64,000 bases of DNA from an uncultured bacterium (GTDB lineage: Bacteria; Acidobacteriota; Thermoanaerobaculia; Multivoradales; JAHZIX01): assembly GCA_965368975.1 (NCBI GenBank), contig CBDUPA010000011.1:64001-128000 (forward strand), in the 5' to 3' direction. How positions within the stretch are numbered: the first letter of the stretch is position 1; the number at the start of each line of letters is the position of its first letter. The translations under genes were made by a program, and so were the position numbers. Under the pieces are notes generated by a model. That model saw nothing but the letters and a program-made list of their open reading frames with translations, was not told the origin of the DNA and did not search any database. Below are positions 21,194 through 29,565 of this stretch, one piece after another.

Positions 21194-21260
21194 CCTGACC
21201 GCGCGACCGAGCCCAGCGCAAGACAGAACCGCGAGCAAGCTGGGAAACGCTCGCCAGATG

Positions 21261-21303
21261 AGCCGGCCCGGTGGGAGCCCCCGCTGGGCTTGCTTGCTTT
21301 TTT
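21261..21303 (+). terminator. Probable intrinsic terminator after the TlpA-like gene
   Basis: GCCCGGTGGG/CCCGCTGGGC stem followed by a T-rich tract. Confidence 0.55.
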
Positions 21304-21320
21304 CCCTCCACGACACAATA

Positions 21321-21393
21321 GTCTCTCGGCACACCGGTCTCTCGGCACACCGGTCTCTCGGCACACCGGTCTCTCGGCACACCGGTCTCTCGG
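21321..21393. repeat. Perfect 16-bp tandem repeat (GTCTCTCGGCACACCG) x4.5
   Basis: Read directly; intergenic, with no spacers. Confidence 0.97.
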
Positions 21394-21563
21394 TATCTGC
21401 CGACGGCCGCCTTCCACCTAGCCCTCGCCGAGCCTGTGTAGCAGCTGAGTGTCGCAGCTGAAGTGTCGCCGCCTATTAGGGAACCTCTGACGCGTCGCGT
21501 GCGTACCTTGTTCGCGGGTGCGGTGCGCATCGTGTCGGCGCTTCCGTCCAGGAGTTCTACTTC

Positions 21564-22739
21564 GTGACTACCAAGTTCGTCCGTCTGCAGCAGCTCGACA
21601 AGCGCTTCGGCGACCTCACCGTGCTGCACCGCGTCCAGCTCGACGTCCGCGAGGGCGAGGTGCTGGCCTTGCTTGGCCCCAGCGGCAGTGGCAAAACGAC
21701 GTGCCTGCGTCTGCTCGCTGGTTTCGAGACGCCGGACCACGGACGCATCGAGGTCGGTGGTGAGGATGTCACCAACTTGCCGCCAGCCAAGCGGGCGTTC
21801 GGCATGGTCTTCCAGCACTACGCGCTGTTTCCGCACCTGAGCGTGGGTGAGAACGTTGCCTTTGGCCTCGAGACTCGCGGTTGGAGCCGCCAACGCATCG
21901 CCACGCGGGTCGAGGAGATGCTGGAGGTCGTCGACCTGCCCGGCTTCCAGGATCGGCGCCTGGGTCAGGTCTCGGGCGGTCAGCAGCAGCGCGTGGCCCT
22001 GGCGCGCGCGCTGGCGCCGGAGCCGCGTCTGCTGCTGCTCGATGAACCCCTGTCCAACCTCGATCCCTCCCTGCGGGAGCGCACCCGTCTGCAGCTGCGT
22101 CGTACGATCGACCGCGTCGGCATCACCACCGTCCTGGTGACGCACGAGCAAGAAGAAGCCTTCGATCTAGGCGACCGCGTTGCCGTCCTGCACGGGGGCC
22201 GCCTGCAGCAGGTCGCGACTCCCGAAGAACTCTACACCCGACCGGCGACCCGCTTCGTCGCCACCTTCATCGGGCGCTCCAACACGCTACCGGGGCAGCT
22301 GCGCGCCCGGCCGGACGGTGCCGCGGGTGGCAGGGTCGAGGTGGCCCTGGGAGATGCCACCTGGACCTGGCAGGTGCCGGCCGAAGAGCCTCGCGACGCG
22401 CCCCCCGCGGGCCTAGCGGGTCCGGAAGAGATCCCCGTCAAAGGCCCAGTCGATATCGTCGTGCGACCCGAAGCGCTCAGCTTCGCCGCTGTGGATGCCC
22501 CCAATGCACTGCCGGGTCAAGTCGTGCACCGGCGCTATGCGGGGCCGATCTCCTATTTCCACGTGCGTCTGGACCCCTGGGTGTCTTCGCCGGGAGGCTC
22601 GGCACGAGCGACGAAAGATGTCGAAGTGTTGGCGCCGGCGGTCGCGGCCCGAGCCGGTGACCGAGTCGGTGTGGTGCTGGCGGCAGAGATCGACGATGCG
22701 GTACGGCCGCGGCTGTTCACGCCGGAGGACACCGCTTGA
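21564..22739 (+). CDS. ABC transporter ATP-binding subunit (FbpC/PotA-like)
   Basis: GPSGSGKT, SGGQQQR, LLLDEP and C-terminal TOBE-like region. Confidence 0.95.
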   Translation: MTTKFVRLQQLDKRFGDLTVLHRVQLDVREGEVLALLGPSGSGKTTCLRLLAGFETPDHGRIEVGGEDVTNLPPAKRAFGMVFQHYALFPHLSVGENVAFGLETRGWSRQRIATRVEEMLEVVDLPGFQDRRLGQVSGGQQQRVALARALAPEPRLLLLDEPLSNLDPSLRERTRLQLRRTIDRVGITTVLVTHEQEEAFDLGDRVAVLHGGRLQQVATPEELYTRPATRFVATFIGRSNTLPGQLRARPDGAAGGRVEVALGDATWTWQVPAEEPRDAPPAGLAGPEEIPVKGPVDIVVRPEALSFAAVDAPNALPGQVVHRRYAGPISYFHVRLDPWVSSPGGSARATKDVEVLAPAVAARAGDRVGVVLAAEIDDAVRPRLFTPEDTA

Positions 22740-24415
22740 GCGGGCATGCCGCTAGCTGGCGCACCGCCGGCTGGGTGCGTCCGGCGGCCTGGGGGCTGAC
22801 GGCCTTCCTGGCGTGGCTCGTTGGCTACCCGCTGCTGATCACCATCGCCGAAGCCTTCGGTGGTGCCGGCTCCTGGACCACCGAGTACCTGCGCGCTTTC
22901 TTCGAGCGCAGCGACGAATGGCTGGCTCTGTGGCGCAGCCTGTGGGTGTCGGTGGCGTCGGTAGTGCTGGCTGCGCTGCTCGGCGTGCCACTGGCCTTTC
23001 TCTTCGAGCGCACGGAGTTCCCCGGTAGCCGGGTGATCGGTGCTCTGGTCGCCATGCCGGTCGCGTTGCCACCGCTGGTCGGCGTCATCGCTTTCCTCTT
23101 CCTGTACGGCGAGAGCGGCTTCCTGGCGCACGGCGTGCGCGCGCTCTTCAATCTCCAGCAGACGCCCTGGCGTCTCGGTGGTCCGGTGGCCATCCTGCTG
23201 GTGCACACGTACTCGATGTACGTCTACTTCTACCTCTTCACCCGTGCCGGCCTGGCGCGTCTGGACCGCAGCCTGCCGGAAGCTGCGGCCAGTCTCGGTG
23301 CCGGTGGCTGGCGTACCCTCTGGCGCGTCACACTTCCCATGCTGCGCCCGGCGCTGGCTGGCGCCACACTGCTCACCTTCATGACCTCGCTGGCGTCCTT
23401 CTCGGCACCCTACATCTTTGGTGGTGGGTATCGGTTGATGACGACGCAGATCGTCGCCTCGAAGCTGAACGGCGAGATCGAGATGGCGCGCGTCGAGACG
23501 GTGATGCTGGCGTTGCTGGCCCTACTGGCTCTGGCGCTGATCCGCAAGCTGGATCCGGGGGATGACCTCAGCGGCACCGTACGTGGTGTGGCACCGGTGC
23601 GCCGAAGGTTGCGCCGGCCGTGGCTGCGCTGGAGCGCCGCCGTCACGGGCTGGGGCCTGGCGTTGCTACTCCTCCTGCCGCATGCGACGCTGCTGCTGCT
23701 CTCCTTCGTCCCCGCCGGCACCTGGACCATCCAGGCGTTGCCGCCAGAGCTCGCCTGGGTCAACTACTCGGAACTCTTCTCCGATGCCGATCGCCTGCGG
23801 CCGCTGGTCAACTCGTTGTGGATGGCCGCCGCCGCGACGGTCGGGGCGCTGGCCCTGGGTCTTGCCTCGGCGCGTCTGGCGGTCACCGTACGCGGCCGCC
23901 TGGGGCGCGCGCTGGAAGCCCTGGTGGCGCTGCCGTGGGCGATCCCCGGTACCGTCTTCGCTATCGCGCTGGCCACCACCTTCAACGTCGACGCCCCGGA
24001 GGTCGGGCGCTTCCTGCTAATTGGCACGCCGTGGCTGCTGCCGCTGGCCTACTTGTTGCGCAATCTGCCGCTCACCGGCCGTAGTGCGCTCTCCGGCCTG
24101 CGTCAGCTCGACGCCACCCTCGAAGAGGCCGCGGCGTCGCTGGGTGCCGGCCGTTGGCGTATCTTGTTGCGTGTCGTGCTACCGATGGTGCGGCCGGCAT
24201 TGGCTGCCGGTGGCAGTCTTGCCTTCATTACCGCGCTCGGGGACTTCGTCACCTCGATCGTGCTCTACACGTTCTCCAATCGACCTATCTCGATGGAGAT
24301 CCTCGACAGTCTGCGGCGGCAAGATACCGGCCTCGCCGCGGCCTACGGTGTGGTGCTGATGTTCGTCAGCGCCACTGCCTTCGTACTCTGGGGCCGGGGG
24401 GAGCGCGTCGAATGA
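22736..24415 (+). CDS. Fe3+-type ABC permease (FbpB-like, duplicated TM domain)
   Basis: Two EAA loops (LPEAAASLGA and LEEAAASLGA). Confidence 0.92.
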   Translation: MSGHAASWRTAGWVRPAAWGLTAFLAWLVGYPLLITIAEAFGGAGSWTTEYLRAFFERSDEWLALWRSLWVSVASVVLAALLGVPLAFLFERTEFPGSRVIGALVAMPVALPPLVGVIAFLFLYGESGFLAHGVRALFNLQQTPWRLGGPVAILLVHTYSMYVYFYLFTRAGLARLDRSLPEAAASLGAGGWRTLWRVTLPMLRPALAGATLLTFMTSLASFSAPYIFGGGYRLMTTQIVASKLNGEIEMARVETVMLALLALLALALIRKLDPGDDLSGTVRGVAPVRRRLRRPWLRWSAAVTGWGLALLLLLPHATLLLLSFVPAGTWTIQALPPELAWVNYSELFSDADRLRPLVNSLWMAAAATVGALALGLASARLAVTVRGRLGRALEALVALPWAIPGTVFAIALATTFNVDAPEVGRFLLIGTPWLLPLAYLLRNLPLTGRSALSGLRQLDATLEEAAASLGAGRWRILLRVVLPMVRPALAAGGSLAFITALGDFVTSIVLYTFSNRPISMEILDSLRRQDTGLAAAYGVVLMFVSATAFVLWGRGERVE

Positions 24416-25719
24416 GTTCCGGCCCCAAGCCCGCCCCAGTCTCTGGTAACCAGCAGGCTGCTGCTACCCCAAAGAGCTCTGGAGGCAAGAAGCGCAACGG
24501 TGGCGCCCCCAGGCAGCTGTGGGTGCTCATGATGATCGTTTTCGTCGACATGATGGGCGCCTTGATCGTCATGCCACTGCTGCCGTACTACGCCGAGAAT
24601 TTCCAGGCGGACGGCTTCACGATCGGCCTGCTGACATCGGTATTCGCCGCCGCGCAAATGTTCAGTGCCCCGTTCTGGGGTCAGCTCTCGGACCGCTACG
24701 GCCGCCGTCCCATTCTGCTCGTTGGCCTGATCGCCTCGGCGATCGCCTATGTTTTCTTCGGCCTTGCCACCGGCCTGTGGATGCTCTTTGTCACCCGTGT
24801 CATGCAGGGCACGGGAGCCGGCACCATCGGCGTCGTACAGGCCTACGTCGCCGACTCGGTGGAAGCCTCTGAACGCTCCAAGGCTCTAGGCTGGACCACT
24901 GCCGCTGCCAGTGCCGGTGTCACCATTGGGCCGCTGATCGGTTCCGCGCTGTCGCCTCTGGGTGCTGAAGCCCCCGGCCTCTTCGCTGCCGGCCTGTGCC
25001 TGCTCAACCTCGCCTTTGCCTGGCGCCTGCTGCCGGAGTCTTCGGCCAAGGGGGGCACGAGGGAGCGCACGTCCCTGTGGCGCTCGGCTGGCCAGGTCGT
25101 GGCCCATCCGACTCATCCGGTCAGCTCGCTGATCTGGATCTACACCGTGGCCATGATGGCTTTCATGGCTTTGAGCGCCATGATGGGGCTGTACCTGATG
25201 GAACGCTTCGATATCACCGAGCAGCAGATCGGCTTCTTCTACACGCTGCTTGGCGGTATCTCGGTGGTCATGCGTGCCGTGTTGCTCGGTCCGATCGTCG
25301 ACCACCTCGGTGAACCGCGTGCGATGCGCGCCGGGGCGGTTTGTATGACCGTCGGTTTTCTACTAGCCCCCCTGGCATCCAGCGTTTCCGCTTTCCTGAT
25401 GGTGATTCCGTTGATCCCGATCGGTACGGCGATGCTCTTCCCGGTGTCGACCTCGCTGTTGTCGCAGCGTTCGGACCAGACCTTGGTCGGACAGACTCTC
25501 GGCGTGCAGCAATTCTTTCGCGGCATCGCGGGCATCCTTGGGCCGGGTGTCGCCGGTGCCGTCTACGAGGCATCGCGCGACGCCTACGTCGGCACGGACT
25601 ACGCTGGCGTCAGCCTGGGCGCCCCGTTCTTCCTCGCCGGTGCGGTGATGGTGCTGGTCGCCGTCGGCACGCTGTTCGTTCAGAAGCACGCGAGCCGGCA
25701 TGCAGACCAACGAAAGTAG
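24412..25719 (+). CDS. MFS transporter (TetA/DHA1-like)
   Basis: [11 protein letters not shown] motif A, about 12 TM segments; ATGA overlap. Confidence 0.92.
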   Translation: MSSGPKPAPVSGNQQAAATPKSSGGKKRNGGAPRQLWVLMMIVFVDMMGALIVMPLLPYYAENFQADGFTIGLLTSVFAAAQMFSAPFWGQLSDRYGRRPILLVGLIASAIAYVFFGLATGLWMLFVTRVMQGTGAGTIGVVQAYVADSVEASERSKALGWTTAAASAGVTIGPLIGSALSPLGAEAPGLFAAGLCLLNLAFAWRLLPESSAKGGTRERTSLWRSAGQVVAHPTHPVSSLIWIYTVAMMAFMALSAMMGLYLMERFDITEQQIGFFYTLLGGISVVMRAVLLGPIVDHLGEPRAMRAGAVCMTVGFLLAPLASSVSAFLMVIPLIPIGTAMLFPVSTSLLSQRSDQTLVGQTLGVQQFFRGIAGILGPGVAGAVYEASRDAYVGTDYAGVSLGAPFFLAGAVMVLVAVGTLFVQKHASRHADQRK

Positions 25720-25757
25720 GGGAAGTAGCCGAGGCAGAGGTAGCGCAGGGTACACGC

Positions 25758-25786
25758 AAAAAAGCCGCGCTGTCGAGCGCGGCCTT
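25758..25786 (-). terminator. Intrinsic terminator of tRNA-fMet
   Basis: GCCGCGC/GCGCGGC stem plus T6 on the minus strand. Confidence 0.8.
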
Positions 25787-25793
25787 CGCAGGG

Positions 25794-25877
<84 letters not shown>

Positions 25878-26116
25878 TCACCGTTTTCAAAGGGCGGCGA
25901 ATCGAGAGAACCCGTGCGCCGCCGGAAGGGAGATAATCTCACAGGATGGGGGACGCGTCAAGTCCACATCGCATCAGGTCGTGTCCTAACAGCTGTTGGC
26001 GGAGGGAGTCGTGATGGCCAAGAGTAGCGCGGGATCCGTCTCACGTCGTTTCGGTACACTCTACAGTTACACAGCTCGGTGTGGGGCCGGGACTGGGTAT
26101 CTGTGGGGGGTACAGG

Positions 26117-26908
26117 ATGGCAAGCGGTGGCAAGGTAGCATTTCGTCTGGTATCCGGTCTTCTGACGACCATTTTTCAGGCGCCTAAGAGGACTGGCACA
26201 CCCGTGCGATGGGCAATCTTGCTGGGCTTGGTAGGCGCCGGGATTTGGAGCGAGACTAGGGAGTTTCTCGTGAGTCACCCGACTGAAAGCGGCTTCGGAC
26301 TTTTCGCGATCGCCGCTGTGGCCTATGCATACGACCTCCAGGCACGCCTTGTTGGCCTTGATGGTGTCAGTTTGAAGTCTGCAACCGCACAGGCAAGGTA
26401 TGTAGAGATGTTGAAATTCAGCCCAGAAGGGGAGATTCGTAACATCCTCGCATGCACTGTTAGCTATCAACTGCTCAATACTTCTGGCGAAGTAGCCCAT
26501 TCCTTCCCGTTGGTCGAACTGGTTTCTATCTCGCCATCCAAAGCAACCAAGACCATCCAGGTGCAAGCAATCGATGCAAGCCTACGGAGCCGACCGCTAA
26601 CCAGTCGGGGTCTAGGCGACCTGCTGACGCAGGGCTACGAGATGATCTTGCATCCACGCCAGACTACCAACTTTGAGTATGGCGTCTGCTGGTCAAATGT
26701 AGATATGGAGCGACTAGCCAGGTCGGGCCGGCTCCATGTTCGGTTGACGCTTGAGATCGTCGGTCAAGAAAAAATTGTGAAGCTACTCAAACTGCCTGTT
26801 ACGCTACCGATGCTTGAGAAGTCGCCGCAGTCAGCAAATCCATCATCTTCCAAGGCCTTGCCACCACCCCCGCCTTCATTGCGGGAGTCATCCGGATCGA
26901 GCGGTTGA
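26117..26908 (+). CDS. Passenger hypothetical protein with N-terminal hydrophobic segments
   Basis: Long ORF of visibly lower GC; candidate -10 TACACT at about 26055; 3' end overlaps the transposase 3' end. Confidence 0.65.
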   Translation: MASGGKVAFRLVSGLLTTIFQAPKRTGTPVRWAILLGLVGAGIWSETREFLVSHPTESGFGLFAIAAVAYAYDLQARLVGLDGVSLKSATAQARYVEMLKFSPEGEIRNILACTVSYQLLNTSGEVAHSFPLVELVSISPSKATKTIQVQAIDASLRSRPLTSRGLGDLLTQGYEMILHPRQTTNFEYGVCWSNVDMERLARSGRLHVRLTLEIVGQEKIVKLLKLPVTLPMLEKSPQSANPSSSKALPPPPPSLRESSGSSG

Positions 26909-27803
26909 ACTTGCACAGGTTGTAGTGTGCGAAGTGCAGGCCGAACGCGGCGCGCAGGTTCTCCCACTTCTTGGAGAAAGCGCAGGTCAGGCGCGTCATC
27001 CGCTTCATGTGGGTACGCGTCGTGAGGTTAAGCCGCTCAATGTGGCTGGTGCAGATGTCGGACTTCTCAGGGGCTCCGTGTACCGGGATCCGGGTGACGC
27101 CTATTATCGACGCCGGGGAGTACCGGCGCTGGTCTTCCTTCGTAGCAGCGGCGTAGTCCTTGATGATCTGGCCGTAGTCGACGCGGGTGCCGAGGTGGTA
27201 GTTCACGGCTTCCGTGTAGGCTTCGAGGCCATCTGAGGACAGCTGGAAGCGTCCGGCCGTGGCCTTGCTCAGGCGCTCGACGAAGGCGTCCGCGTCGCGG
27301 GCAGTGCGTTGGCCGAGGTGGTGCGTCAGCACGAGCTTGCTGTCACGGTCGACGGCGGCCCAAGACCAAGAATCGCCGAGGTACGGCGTCTGAAGCTGCT
27401 TGCGCTTCTTGGTCTTCTGCTTCATGCCCACGAAGCCCCATTGCTCGTCTACCTGCACGTTGCTGACCTGCACACCCTGCACCATCCGTTCGAGCAGATC
27501 GGCGCAGCGGTCGCCGACCGTGCGAAGCAGACGGCACACGGTATCGCGGTGCGTGCCGGTGATCCGCTCGACGCTGCGGATGCTCGACCCCTCGACCAGC
27601 AGCGACAGCACAAGCATGATGCGCTCCGCCGGCAGCCGGTGACCAGGCACCAGCGGCGCGGGGCGGTCGGCGAAGGTCGAGCCGCAATCCTTGCAGCGGA
27701 ACCGCTGGTGACCACTCGAATCCTTGCCCCAACGGACAACCGTCGAGCCGCTGCACTGCGGGCAGCTTGGCCGGGCTGTCTGGGTGTGGTTCGCGGTGGT
27801 CAT
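26799..27803 (-). CDS. IS1-family transposase (single ORF: Zn ribbon, HTH, DDE)
   Basis: CPQC...QRFRCKDC zinc ribbon, SIRSVERITG HTH, VDEQWGFVG / SDG...Y / TSHIERLNLT catalytic motifs. Confidence 0.93.
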   Translation of the reverse strand: MTTANHTQTARPSCPQCSGSTVVRWGKDSSGHQRFRCKDCGSTFADRPAPLVPGHRLPAERIMLVLSLLVEGSSIRSVERITGTHRDTVCRLLRTVGDRCADLLERMVQGVQVSNVQVDEQWGFVGMKQKTKKRKQLQTPYLGDSWSWAAVDRDSKLVLTHHLGQRTARDADAFVERLSKATAGRFQLSSDGLEAYTEAVNYHLGTRVDYGQIIKDYAAATKEDQRRYSPASIIGVTRIPVHGAPEKSDICTSHIERLNLTTRTHMKRMTRLTCAFSKKWENLRAAFGLHFAHYNLCKFNRSIRMTPAMKAGVVARPWKMMDLLTAATSQASVA

Positions 27804-27827
27804 GGCTTCGTTCTCTCGACTGTCTTA

Positions 27828-27897
27828 ATTGTAGCCCCAATGGGACTACATAGTCAAGGGGTAGAGGTTGATTTTGTTGCCCCGATGGGACTACACT
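27828..27897. promoter_or_regulatory. Back-to-back promoters, each containing the same ~21-bp palindromic operator
   Basis: Minus strand TTGACT-18-TACAAT; plus strand TTGATT-18-TACACT; operators TGTAGCCCCAATGGGACTACA and TGTTGCCCCGATGGGACTACA. Confidence 0.8.
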
Positions 27898-27903
27898 CAC
27901 TGC

Positions 27904-28080
27904 ATGAGCGAGAAAGAAGAGAAACGGGCTCACTCGGCCTCCGTTCGGGTTCGACTGCTTCCAGAGCATGACGAGCTGATCCGCCAAGCGGCGGAGCACG
28001 CGGGGGTCAGTCTTTCGGATTGGATGCGGCTGGTGCTGCTCAAGGCAGCGCGGGAGGAGTTGGGGCAGGGCGGCGCGTAG
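27904..28080 (+). CDS. Ribbon-helix-helix protein (DUF1778/MobC/CopG-like), 58 aa
   Basis: SVRVRLLPEHDELIRQAAEHAGVSLSDWMR; ATG 6 nt after the -10 box (leaderless). Confidence 0.85.
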   Translation: MSEKEEKRAHSASVRVRLLPEHDELIRQAAEHAGVSLSDWMRLVLLKAAREELGQGGA

Positions 28081-28203
28081 GGGCCGGACCTCGACCGCCC
28101 ACGGCGTGGTATCAGGGAGCGCGCCAGCAGCGGGCACCAACGGCGCCACCGCTGCACACGCTCCCGTGTGCCTCCTGGTCTCATGGGACCTCCGATGTCT
28201 GTA

Positions 28204-28304
28204 TTGACGCGGGGACCCCAGGGGTCTAGGATGGGGCTGCTTCCAATAAGCGCCCTGACTCCGCGTCAGGTTTAAGGGAACCCCGGCTGCAACCGGGGTT
28301 TTCT
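28204..28304 (+). ncRNA. Putative ~65-nt small RNA with its own promoter and terminator
   Basis: TTGACG-17-TAGGAT; hairpin CCTGAC/GTCAGG; terminator AACCCCGG/CCGGGGTT-TTCT; no ORF inside. Confidence 0.55.
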
Positions 28305-28376
28305 GCTGTCTGGGGGAGAGCTTGAAGGCTCAGACGAAGCGAATCAAGAGGTCCGAGAATTTGACCTGGTGAGCAC

Positions 28377-28460
28377 TAACTTTTCCAGGCGGGCCACCAT
28401 CAAAATTAACTTTTCCAGCTCAATCCGGATCTTTTCCAGCTTTCCCCAAATCTTTTCCAG
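28377..28460. repeat. Four phased CTTTTCCAG direct repeats (iteron-like)
   Basis: Copies start at 28380, 28410, 28431 and 28452 (spacing 30, 21, 21). Confidence 0.8.
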
Positions 28461-29079
28461 TTGTTGGCATAGATGCCCAGGCCAGATCCCGCTTCGCTTC
28501 GCGAAGATCTCTGAGGAGGGCTTCTTTGCGTTTGAGCGCTTGGTGCTCCTGCATGCGCTCTTGAAGCTCTCTTTTTGCAGCCTCCTGAGTTGGCAGCTCT
28601 TTGCTGTTCAGAAGCACGGAAAGCAAGGCTTCGTCATCAGCTTCAACCCAGATCAGCCTCTCAAGCAGCCGCTTGACCGCTGCAAGATCGCTCTTGATGC
28701 GATCCGCCGATGCAGACAGATTTATGCCCAGCTCCTCAGCTGCGGGGCGAAGCTCTTCCAGCTTGGCTAGGGCCTGCTTCTCTACCTGCTTTCGGCGCTG
28801 GTAGTGAGCTTCAATGCGGCGTTCAGTGGATGGCTTGAGCGGCTTTGGCCTCTTCATGCCACCAGACGCCAAGAAGCCGGGGAAGCCCTTTCGTAACGTC
28901 CCTTCCAGGGTTGGCTTCAGCCTGTGTCTAGCAATGATGCGCTGAGCTAGCTCGGTGTTTGAGAGGCGCCTTGTTCCACCTTCCTCGCGGATGATCTCGC
29001 CCATCTCGTACCAGTAGAACGAGTAATCGCCCGGCTTTGGCCCTGGTTTCGCCACAGCACCCCCACAGTGCACCCACAC
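28420..29079 (-). CDS. Passenger hypothetical basic/coiled-coil protein
   Basis: ORF up to 219 aa with K/R/E-rich helical segments; candidate -10 TAGAAT at 29171-29176; start uncertain (29079 or 29004). Confidence 0.6.
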   Translation of the reverse strand: MWVHCGGAVAKPGPKPGDYSFYWYEMGEIIREEGGTRRLSNTELAQRIIARHRLKPTLEGTLRKGFPGFLASGGMKRPKPLKPSTERRIEAHYQRRKQVEKQALAKLEELRPAAEELGINLSASADRIKSDLAAVKRLLERLIWVEADDEALLSVLLNSKELPTQEAAKRELQERMQEHQALKRKEALLRDLREAKRDLAWASMPTTGKDLGKAGKDPD

Positions 29080-29193
29080 CGGAGGAAGTGCGGCGCGGCA
29101 GGCTGGGGTGTGGGGTTCCCAGCTTTTCGGCGGCCATTCCTAGCCGCGCCTTGAAACTGAATCTGAGGGGATTCTACAGGAAGGGAGGCGGGA

Positions 29194-29565
29194 TCAGCTC
29201 AGAGCCACTTCGAGGCTGTCGGCGATGGCTCCGACACGCGGCGCGGTCTGCCCGGCAAGCTGCGACAGGCGCACGCCATCGGCCCCAAGCTGGCTTTCGA
29301 TGTAGGACCGGCCCACGGTGGCGAAGAAGCCTTGCAGGTGCCGCAGGTCGCGAATACCGGCGCGGATCTCCGAACGGGTGACGGTGGCCTCGATCAGCTC
29401 GCGCTGTGGCAGCTCCAAGGCCATCAGGTAGAGCGAGCGTCCGACGGTGCGCCACGCTTGCCGGTACTCGGGCGCTACGTGGAGCGTGAGGAAGGTTTCC
29501 CGGAAGAACGGGAAGTCCTCCCATTGGGAAGGGTCGAAGCGGGTAGACTGCGTTTCAGCGGCCAT
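29194..29565 (-). CDS. Passenger hypothetical helical protein, 123 aa
   Basis: AGGAG RBS 8 nt upstream of ATG; protein-like composition. Confidence 0.7.
   Translation of the reverse strand: MAAETQSTRFDPSQWEDFPFFRETFLTLHVAPEYRQAWRTVGRSLYLMALELPQRELIEATVTRSEIRAGIRDLRHLQGFFATVGRSYIESQLGADGVRLSQLAGQTAPRVGAIADSLEVALS

Noticed and set aside
21321-21393. CRISPR array
   Set aside because: Repeats are directly adjacent 16-mers with no spacers, and there are no cas genes in the window
26799-27803. IS1595, IS6 or IS200/605 (TnpB, RNA-guided) assignment
   Set aside because: DEQWGFVG and IERLN motifs with an InsA-like Zn ribbon fit IS1; no RuvC/HNH nuclease motifs are visible in any cargo ORF
28369-28770. 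Plus-strand 133-aa ORF downstream of the sRNA promoter
   Set aside because: Lies after a terminator, has unprotein-like composition and is antisense to a more credible ORF
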